Assembly: GCA_943373175.1 (NCBI GenBank)
Contig: CALSBM010000007.1
Coordinates: forward strand, 2,502 to 66,501
DNA length: 64,000 nt
Origin: Chitinophaga pinensis
GTDB taxonomy: Bacteria > Bacteroidota > Bacteroidia > UBA7662 > JAIXUI01
Direction: 5' to 3'
Shown: positions 28,317-35,540 of the stretch, piece after piece
Layout of the letters: each line of letters starts with the position of its first letter
Position numbering within the stretch: the first letter of the stretch is position 1
Position numbers and translations under genes: made by a program
The notes under the pieces: model-generated
Told to the model about the DNA's origin: nothing
The model's database searches: none
What the model saw: the letters and a program-made list of their open reading frames with translations, nothing else

Positions 28317-29140
28317 TTTTAACCTATGACCTGATAATCCTGCTTGTAGCAGGGCTATCTGCCGGATTTCTTGCAGGATTATTAGGCGTAGGAGGAGGAA
28401 TTATCTTTGTGCCGGTGCTTTCTTGGTATCTCGGAAAAACTGGCGTTGATAGCCACGTTGAAGTAATTATGGTAATAGCTAACTCGCTTGCTTTAGCGTG
28501 TATTATGGGCATCAGTGGAACACTCAGCCAAAAGAAAAAAGGCTATTTCTTCCCTGCTCCTACTTTAGCACTTGGATTAGGAGGTGCTGTAACCTCAGTT
28601 GCAACAGCTTATCTTATTTCTCATACCCAAGTTTACGATAAACGGCTATTCGGAATTGTTTTCTCTATTCTGTTGATACCCTTGATTGTAAAAATGTTTC
28701 GGGCTAAAGAGAGTGAAGATTCAAACGAAACTTCTACTAATAGTTCCAGCAATTTTCCTCGTTGGAGGCTGCTATTAATCGGATTACTTACCGGCGTTGT
28801 TTCCGCCTTGAGTGGGTTAGGTGGAGGCGTAATCATGATTCCGTTGCTAAATTCTTGGGCTAAATTCAGCATGCGTAAATCGGGTGCTATATCCTTATCG
28901 AGCATTGTCATACTTTCATTTTTCATGAGTTTGTATTACATGACAACCAGTGCCACGGAAGTGCCCAAGATGCCTCTCACATTGGGCTACATTCACCTTC
29001 CAGTATTACTTCCTTTAGCGTTAGGAATCACCGTATCGGCACCCTTTGGTGTTAAGATGGCACATAAAGTTAATGGGCACACCATCAAGTGGATTTTTGT
29101 AGCGCTTTTCACTGTGATACTCATCCAAATGAATTGGTGA
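28313..29140 (+). CDS. sulfite exporter TauE/SafE family membrane protein
   Basis: Duplicated four-TM halves, each with a GxGGGxxxxP-like motif (GVGGGIIFVPVL, GLGGGVIMIPLL). Confidence 0.75.
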   Translation: MILTYDLIILLVAGLSAGFLAGLLGVGGGIIFVPVLSWYLGKTGVDSHVEVIMVIANSLALACIMGISGTLSQKKKGYFFPAPTLALGLGGAVTSVATAYLISHTQVYDKRLFGIVFSILLIPLIVKMFRAKESEDSNETSTNSSSNFPRWRLLLIGLLTGVVSALSGLGGGVIMIPLLNSWAKFSMRKSGAISLSSIVILSFFMSLYYMTTSATEVPKMPLTLGYIHLPVLLPLALGITVSAPFGVKMAHKVNGHTIKWIFVALFTVILIQMNW

Positions 29141-29548
29141 TATACTGCTAACTATTCACTTCTGATAATATCCCTCCGAGCAGCCTCAGCCTCAATACTA
29201 AAAAGTCCCCAAACGACTATCTCGATGGGGACTTTTGCATTGCGTAGTGTTGGATGGTACTTGGTATTGAGTGTGAAGCTAGAGAATCTTCGTCGATGCT
29301 GACACAGGTTAATTTCTAGTTTCCTTTGATGAAATGGGTCGATTCCGTAATGCCTTACATTTCGATTTTACCCTCCTTACCCAAAATAGTTAACTCATAT
29401 TGCTGATTTTAGCCATCTTTATCACATTTTTAAAGCATCTGCTATGATTACAAATTTTGCAACTAACTAACTATTTTCTTTGTCTTTTATGCTGTAATAA
29501 TCTTTGGTCGGAGCTGTGTATTAGTTTCTATCTATTGCCATTAATTAC

Positions 29549-29911
29549 TTATTTAAAATTATCTATTATTCTAGATTTGTCTTCATTTTCTTTATCGTTC
29601 TTATGATACAATTCAATGAATGTAATTTTTTGTTCGTCAGGAAAGTACGCATAAATTAATCTTAGACCTGAATTTACTCCTCTTCCTTTTAATGCCTTAC
29701 AAGCAATTTTTTTAACCTTAATGACACACGTTTCTAAACCCAAATTATCAATACGGAAACTAAAAGGAGGACTTTCACCAGGTTCGTCATTCAGGTCTAA
29801 CTTCACCACTTCCAAATCATCGTTGAGCGTTCTGTATTTTTTTAAAAGGTTCTTCAAATCCTTTTTAAATGTTGAAAGTTCATAAAATTCAATATTGTTC
29901 ATCATCTTCAT
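29549..29911 (-). CDS. RelE/ParE-superfamily type II toxin-like protein
   Basis: 120-aa protein. The core IKVKKIACKALKGRGVNSGLRLIYAYFPDEQKITFIELYHKNDK follows the RelE/ParE pattern: basic beta-strand, G(K/R)(R)G..R, hydrophobic Y.K, then a basic C-terminal region. It overlaps the upstream antitoxin-like gene by 23 bp. Confidence 0.55.
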   Translation of the reverse strand: MKMMNNIEFYELSTFKKDLKNLLKKYRTLNDDLEVVKLDLNDEPGESPPFSFRIDNLGLETCVIKVKKIACKALKGRGVNSGLRLIYAYFPDEQKITFIELYHKNDKENEDKSRIIDNFK

Positions 29912-30689
29912 AAACTCTAATTGAATAAGGTGGTCTTCTGTAAAAAGCCAATTCGTAATTTATTTCTTCACCTTCTTTTGATGCCTTCCAAGGTTTATCA
30001 CCGTGCGAATAGTTGCTGAGCATAGCCGCACTCCAATCACTCATTTGTTCCATAACCCTGTCAATAATATCTTTCTCGCTTGCCTTTAACTCAGTTAAAT
30101 CAGCTTTCTCTAAAGGCAAATAACGAGTTTGAGGATAACCATGATATTCGGTTTTTACTCTTTGCAACTGCCCTATTTCAATCATTTGACCAATAATCAT
30201 ATCAAAATTTTGCGGAACTGGCCCATAAGGTAATTTGCGATATGTAGCACCTGTTAAATGCTCCTCATACAATTCGTAATAATTAAAATCCGAAAAATAC
30301 AGTAACTTATATAGAACCGTTTCACCGACATTAGGCTTACCTGCACAGCGTTCAAGGATATACAATAAGACATTTTTGAACTTGCCGATTTGTAGAGTAG
30401 GCACAGAAATACGTTCTTCCACTTTCTTGGCCTTATTTTCTTCTTTGCCTTCAACCTCTTGATTTGCCGAGAAATTCTTAGACATAAAATCATCCAATGA
30501 AAATTTCAAAATCATAGCCAGTTTTTGCAGTTCAAGAATATCGACGCTTCTATTTCCTAACTCTATTTGAGCCAAAGACGGTCGGGAAATTTTGACACTT
30601 TTAGCCAAATCTTCTTGCGACAACCCCTTCATTTTACGAAGTTCGGTTAGCCTCTGACCTATTTGCTTTTGCGACAATTGCATGTTCAT
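29889..30689 (-). CDS. HTH-XRE DNA-binding protein fused to a DUF4065 (Panacea/SocA-like) antitoxin-type domain
   Basis: N-terminus QKQIGQRLTELRKMKGLSQEDLAKSVKISRPSLAQIELGNRSVDILELQKLA is a Cro/C1-type HTH. The C-terminal half, LYKLLYFSDFNYYELYEEHLTGATYRKLPYGPVPQNFD, matches the conserved core of DUF4065. Confidence 0.65.
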   Translation of the reverse strand: MNMQLSQKQIGQRLTELRKMKGLSQEDLAKSVKISRPSLAQIELGNRSVDILELQKLAMILKFSLDDFMSKNFSANQEVEGKEENKAKKVEERISVPTLQIGKFKNVLLYILERCAGKPNVGETVLYKLLYFSDFNYYELYEEHLTGATYRKLPYGPVPQNFDMIIGQMIEIGQLQRVKTEYHGYPQTRYLPLEKADLTELKASEKDIIDRVMEQMSDWSAAMLSNYSHGDKPWKASKEGEEINYELAFYRRPPYSIRVYEDDEQY

Positions 30690-31197
30690 ATCAATTTAAG
30701 TTTCGCTGTTCAACGGAACAAAGATAAGCAATGTTTCAAATTCAAACATACTTCTGTTTCCATACAAAACACTGCCTACACTTGCCAAATGCAATTGAAC
30801 TCAAAGAAAAACTGTTTAAAACCCTTTCTACCGGAAGAAACAAACAAAACATCCAACATACAGCCCGGCAAAAATGGACTCAACAAATGACACAAGCAGC
30901 CTCCGTAGTAAATGATTGCAACCGACGACAGGCAAGAACACCAACCGCCAACATACCACCGAAAATCTAAAAAGCCTCAAAAGACCCTTAGACTTCTTGG
31001 AGAGGATATAAAAAAGTTGATTATTTTGGAGACAGAAACAGGTAAAGAAGAAACACTACCCCAAAATGTGGTTTTCAACCTTAGTACTCACCTCCCATGA
31101 AAGCAAACTACACGCAGTGCGTGAAATCGACTACAGGAGCATGTATCGCGCAAGACTGCGTATATTAATCGTTATGTGCAATTTATAATCCAGACAA

Positions 31198-32109
31198 ATG
31201 AGCGGAGTTGTACAACCAGACTTCAGACAAGGAAATAGGTCTGAATATTTAGCGCAATATCTTCTTTCTTACTTGGGGACAACCGTTTTTGTTCCAAGAC
31301 AAGAAGACGTTGGCATCGACTTTAATTGTGCAATTTCTGTCGCTAGCGGACACGTTGAAGAAATCAAAGAACAATTTCATGTTCAAATAAAATCTAATAT
31401 CACGGACGATATAGAATTTGGTGAGGTTGCAAAGACAGGTAAAAATCAAAAGACCAAATGGAAACAATATGAACTTGAATGGCTCTTTAATCTAGACAAT
31501 CCTCTTTTCATTGGCATTGTAAATAAAGACGAAGGTAGCCTTGAGCTTTATTCAACCTCTTTCATGTGGTATAATTACTGGAACAGAAAATTCTTAACGG
31601 TCAAATTTCTTCCAAATCATCCTAGCGGTGACATGGCAGAAATACACGTTCAAGAAGACATCGATATTTCTGAATGGGCTAGTGACTTAGAAACTACGGA
31701 GCCCAAAGTGAAAACAGTTGTACCAATGGGACCACCTATTATTAAACTGACAAAAGAAAATATAAGACAATCGGAAGTACTGCCAACTCTTAAAAACCTA
31801 TTCAGACTTGCAATACAAATAGAACAAGCTAATATCACTTATAAAAAACTTAGACTGCCCTATTTTAACTGGCTTCATAAGATCTCGACAAATAGCAGTT
31901 TCGTTGGTGGTTTTTTTTACGCAATCGATAAAGTGCTAATTGAAGAACAACGACTATATCAATCTTTAACTCCATTACTAATTTCGCTTGCACTTCTTTA
32001 TAAGCAGACCAACGACCAAAGATTCGAGATTATTATGAACGCACTCAACTTAACTCCTCCGCAGTTCATTCCTCCTGAAGTTAAAGTAGCTCTTGGACTT
32101 CCTGCTTGA
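31198..32109 (+). CDS. hypothetical protein with N-terminal PD-(D/E)xK (DUF4365-like restriction-endonuclease fold) motif
   Basis: 303-aa protein. The N-terminus NRSEYLAQYLLSYLGTTVFVPRQEDVGIDFNCAI...EEIKEQFHVQIKS contains E...D-x-GID...Q-x-K, the typical DUF4365 / PD-(D/E)xK arrangement. The C-terminal roughly 180 aa are unassigned. The gene lies at low GC and is transcribed divergently from the TA pair. Confidence 0.5.
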   Translation: MSGVVQPDFRQGNRSEYLAQYLLSYLGTTVFVPRQEDVGIDFNCAISVASGHVEEIKEQFHVQIKSNITDDIEFGEVAKTGKNQKTKWKQYELEWLFNLDNPLFIGIVNKDEGSLELYSTSFMWYNYWNRKFLTVKFLPNHPSGDMAEIHVQEDIDISEWASDLETTEPKVKTVVPMGPPIIKLTKENIRQSEVLPTLKNLFRLAIQIEQANITYKKLRLPYFNWLHKISTNSSFVGGFFYAIDKVLIEEQRLYQSLTPLLISLALLYKQTNDQRFEIIMNALNLTPPQFIPPEVKVALGLPA

Positions 32110-32264
32110 CGTTAAACTGCACATAACAGCACCTACTTGCATTTTTTTGCGGGTTAGCGCTCAAATGCGTAAATTGACATAGCAAAAAACTGCAAGTAGC
32201 TCCAAAACGTTATGTCCATTCCTAAAACGACAACTACTGCAACTTCAACAATAATGTAAAGACA

Positions 32265-32354
32265 ATGGAAAGAAGAAAATTTATCATCACTACTGGAGGG
32301 TTTGTTTCAGCAACAATGTCTCGTCCTAAAAAAAGTTTACGAGTTAATTTCTAA
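32265..32354 (+). pseudogene. decayed N-terminal fragment of a Tat-secreted Gfo/Idh/MocA-type oxidoreductase
   Basis: A 30-codon ORF encodes MERRKFIITTGGFVSATMSRPKKSLRVNF. This matches the twin-arginine signal (RRxFI) followed by the K(K)xLRVGIIG Rossmann start seen in periplasmic Gfo/Idh/MocA proteins. It stops right there, and the downstream frames are scrambled. Confidence 0.45.
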
Positions 32355-32638
32355 ATAGTGTTGGCAGCCACATGGTACAAAGGATAAAGCTCTGGAAATT
32401 CTTTGTCGGTTCTAAAGTAGCGGTTCGGGGATGTGCTAAAGGGGTCTATAAGCTCCGGATTATCCAGCGATTTTCCCACCTCAGTGAATGCGTGTGCTTC
32501 TTAATTCAATGTCCATCTTGACTATTAGCCCAAGAAGAAGTATTTACCTATTTGTTTAGCCAGGTAAAAATGCAGCCTCCACAACCACCACGTTACTCCC
32601 TCGTCCGAGAGGGCTTCGGTTCAACAAATTCTACCCAA

Positions 32639-33271
32639 CTACCTATACAATTCCGGGAAATACTCTCGAAGAATAGACAATGGATTTTGATTGGTATGAT
32701 GGACAGGAGCAGTTATCCTTAACCGCTTTGCAGCTTCGCGGTGTTGTATCGAATCTTCAATAAAAAGACAATCTTCTGGATTGAGGTTTTGTTCGTTTAA
32801 CAAAAGCTGAAAAAATGCTTCCTCCGGCTTTCTGGTTCCACATTCATAACTCAGATAAACTTTAGTGAACATTTCCTGAAAGTTGAATATTCCCCTTTTT
32901 TCTAAACCCTGATAAATAGTCTGAATGTGCAATACATTGGTGTTAGAAAAAAGAAAGCAAGGAATATCATTCGCTCTTAATGGAGCAAGAAGTGCCAGCC
33001 TTTCATCTGGTAAATCAAGCAGAATGCTATCCCATGCCTCCCTTATTTGAGCATCTGTAAGGGCAAGACCGGATAGCCTTCTTATTTCTTGATAAAACTG
33101 GTTTTCAGAAATTTTGCCTGTTTCTAATAAATCAAAAACTACCTGTTGTTCCGCCTGGCTGTAACTGTTGCCAAAATCACGGTAGCCTAACGCTTCAAAT
33201 GCCTTACGGGGTGCCTGATAATCAATATTGATTAAAACTCCTCCGAAATCAAAAATTACTGCTTTCATCAA
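32639..33271 (-). CDS. HAD family hydrolase (subfamily IA)
   Basis: Motif I VIFDFGGVL is followed by downstream HAD motifs. Overlaps the SDR gene by 4 bp. Confidence 0.8.
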   Translation of the reverse strand: MMKAVIFDFGGVLINIDYQAPRKAFEALGYRDFGNSYSQAEQQVVFDLLETGKISENQFYQEIRRLSGLALTDAQIREAWDSILLDLPDERLALLAPLRANDIPCFLFSNTNVLHIQTIYQGLEKRGIFNFQEMFTKVYLSYECGTRKPEEAFFQLLLNEQNLNPEDCLFIEDSIQHREAAKRLRITAPVHHTNQNPLSILREYFPELYR

Positions 33272-34020
33272 TCAAAATCGCCGGCAATTGGTCGTAATAA
33301 TACTTCTTCCAGCACCGCAGATGGGGATAAATTCCAAGCCTGAAAAACGACTTCCGCCACATCAGAGGGTTGCATAAAACGGGAAGCGGGCAGTTCAGTT
33401 CCCGCCCAAGAGTTGGTTAGTGTAGCTCCCGGAAGCAAAGAGGTTACTGCTACTTGGGTGTTCTTCAATTCTTCCCGCAGCACTTTGCTCATTCCCAACA
33501 AAGCAAACTTACTGATGCAATAAGAACCTCCATTAACATAAGCAGTGATGCTTGCCGTGGAGCACATGTTCACAATCAATGCTTTATCCGACTTTTTTAA
33601 TTCCTGTAGCAATGCTCGGGTGAGGTGGTAAGCCGAGGCAACATTGGTGTTCATCTGTAATTCAAAAACGCCATCCGGCTCCTCAGCAATTGATCCTGGT
33701 CGAAAAACCCCTGCATTATTTACTAATAGGTGAACGGAGTTAAACCTTCGCTGCACCTCACCTGCAAACTTGATTACTTCATCCTTCACCGACATATCGG
33801 CCACAAGTCCGGCAAAAGATTGTTGAGGATAGCGTTGCACTAACTTGTCTTGAAGTTCTTTCAAATCCGATGCAGACCGCGCATTAAAAATGACCGAAAA
33901 TCCGGCCTGGGCTAAGCGTTCAACTACTGCCTTTCCGATGCCTTTACCAGCACCGGTTACTACTGCATTCAACACAATCCTATCGTTAATTAAATCGAAG
34001 CATGAGGTCGCCCTTCTCAA
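33268..34020 (-). CDS. SDR family oxidoreductase
   Basis: TGAGKGIGKA cofactor motif and Y-x3-K catalytic residues (YCISKFAL), 250 aa. Confidence 0.8.
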   Translation of the reverse strand: MRRATSCFDLINDRIVLNAVVTGAGKGIGKAVVERLAQAGFSVIFNARSASDLKELQDKLVQRYPQQSFAGLVADMSVKDEVIKFAGEVQRRFNSVHLLVNNAGVFRPGSIAEEPDGVFELQMNTNVASAYHLTRALLQELKKSDKALIVNMCSTASITAYVNGGSYCISKFALLGMSKVLREELKNTQVAVTSLLPGATLTNSWAGTELPASRFMQPSDVAEVVFQAWNLSPSAVLEEVLLRPIAGDFD

Positions 34021-34489
34021 CGGTTTGGCCGGGGGCTACCAGAATTTTACCCAGAACACCTTGCCCCGGCGATTTAATAACGTTCTCCATTTTCATGGAT
34101 TCCAAAACCAAGAGTGGATCGTTCTTCTTTACCTCGTCACCTTCATGAACCAAAAGTCGCAGCACAAGGCCGGGCATAGGAGCTTTTAGCTCGTTGAGTT
34201 TTTTGGCTACTCCTGCATTCAAGCCCAATTTCTTGAGCCAACGGTCCGTTTCGGTTAGAACTTGAAGGGAATATTCTCTTCCTCGAAAGCGCACAAGCAT
34301 CGTTTTCTCTTCTGCTTGTTGAGAAACCACCTCTACCGTATAAGATTGCTCCCCTACTAAAAGAGAATAAGTCCGCGGCTGACCGGGAACTGGAAGAAAA
34401 GAAACTGCTACCGGCTGACCATTGAGATTCAGTTCCGGTGCCATGCCGGATACTTCGAAAGCACGGCCATCTACCAAGGACTCTAACAT
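33986..34489 (-). CDS. biotin/lipoyl-binding protein (biotin carboxyl carrier protein-like)
   Basis: C-terminal biotinyl domain with the LVLESMKMENVI sequence (biotinylation motif of E-[AS]-M-K-M type). It overlaps the SDR gene by 35 bp, suggesting one operon. Confidence 0.75.
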   Translation of the reverse strand: MLESLVDGRAFEVSGMAPELNLNGQPVAVSFLPVPGQPRTYSLLVGEQSYTVEVVSQQAEEKTMLVRFRGREYSLQVLTETDRWLKKLGLNAGVAKKLNELKAPMPGLVLRLLVHEGDEVKKNDPLLVLESMKMENVIKSPGQGVLGKILVAPGQTVEKGDLMLRFN

Positions 34490-34611
34490 GCTGCGAATTT
34501 CGGTTTTCCTTTGGAAGGCTGAAAAGTTAAATAACGAATTTTTGCCTGAGGTTAAAGTTTTTTTAATTTCCTAATCTGAGCATATCCCTTAGTTTCGGCA
34601 CGATTTCCAAC

Positions 34612-35400
34612 ATGAAGAAAACTATCCTCGCTTTGGCCTTTGGGCTAACCGTTTTGAGCATGTCTTACCAGCTAATCTCGAATCCCACTGGAGCACCTCT
34701 CGGAAGAACAGGCTCGCCAGCCGATGGAGCAACTTGTTCCTCAAGTGGTTGTCATTTTGGTGCCCCCAGTCCATTGGCAAACGTGATTACCAGTAACATT
34801 CCTGCGACCGGCTATATTCCCGGTCAATCGTACACCATCACCGTCACAGTTCCCGGTTCAGGCAACAAAGGTTTTCAGGTTTCTCCCCAAAAAACAGATG
34901 GTACTCAATTAGGTTCATTGCAGGCTGCAGCAGGCAGCCAGGTTTTTGGAAAATACATAACTCACACCACTCCTAAAACCGGAACAGCCGTTTGGTCTTT
35001 TGGTTGGACAGCACCTGCCGCAGGAACCGGAAGCGTTACCTTCTACGGTGCATTCGCTCAAAGCCGTCAGGCTACCAGAACAAGTACCCTTACGGTTAGC
35101 GAAGCCATTGGTACCAGCGTTCAGGAAGTGAGAGCTTTCAGTAAAGTCACTATTTATCCAAACCCTTCTACTACCGAAGTCAACCTTGCATTCAACCTGA
35201 CTCGTAATGGTATGACAGAGGTTCGCTTGTTGGATTTGAATGGTAAAGAAATCAGTGTACTGCACCAACAAGTTCTGGATGCCGGCAGCCAAACCTTGAA
35301 GTTGAACCTTCCCGGTGGACTTAATGGCGGACATTACTTTGTTACCATTAAAGCAGAGGGTCAAATAAAAACCCTCCCCATCTTTGTAAAAGAGCAATAA
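34612..35400 (+). CDS. secreted protein with T9SS C-terminal sorting domain (CTD type A)
   Basis: Signal peptide MKKTILALAFGLTVLSMS. The C-terminal approximately 80 aa (KVTIYPNPSTTEVNLAFNL...GHYFVTIKAEGQIKTLPIFVKEQ) match the Por secretion tail. Confidence 0.7.
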   Translation: MKKTILALAFGLTVLSMSYQLISNPTGAPLGRTGSPADGATCSSSGCHFGAPSPLANVITSNIPATGYIPGQSYTITVTVPGSGNKGFQVSPQKTDGTQLGSLQAAAGSQVFGKYITHTTPKTGTAVWSFGWTAPAAGTGSVTFYGAFAQSRQATRTSTLTVSEAIGTSVQEVRAFSKVTIYPNPSTTEVNLAFNLTRNGMTEVRLLDLNGKEISVLHQQVLDAGSQTLKLNLPGGLNGGHYFVTIKAEGQIKTLPIFVKEQ

Positions 35401-35423
35401 TCTGCATCATCTACAAAACAAAA

Positions 35424-35456
35424 AAGCCCGACATCAAACTGTCGGGCTTTTTTGTT
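35424..35456 (+). terminator. rho-independent terminator
   Basis: aaaaagcccgac-atcaaact-gtcgggcttttttg has a 7-bp GC-rich stem followed by T6. Confidence 0.7.
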
Positions 35457-35540
35457 TCCAAGCCTAAACTCACGGTTACTTGTTACATCGCGGTAAATCA
35501 ATGAGCTTAAAAAGCTAGTTTGCCGTATTTTCGCGGCGCT

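Noticed and set aside
29141-29548. The 408-bp AT-rich noncoding stretch downstream of the toxin gene, scanned for ORFs or an sRNA.
   Set aside because: Only ORFs of 20 codons or fewer occur on either strand. A 9-bp stem hairpin (aaagtcccc ... ggggacttt, 29201-29236) is present but lacks a U-tract. Without expression data no RNA gene can be supported.
30663-31100. Three plus-strand ORFs (75, 79 and 62 aa) in the divergent intergenic region of the island.
   Set aside because: They overlap one another in different frames inside the CA-rich stretch. Their Q/K/T/H/P-rich products reflect the nucleotide bias, not protein-coding constraint. They are treated as noncoding leader or regulatory sequence.
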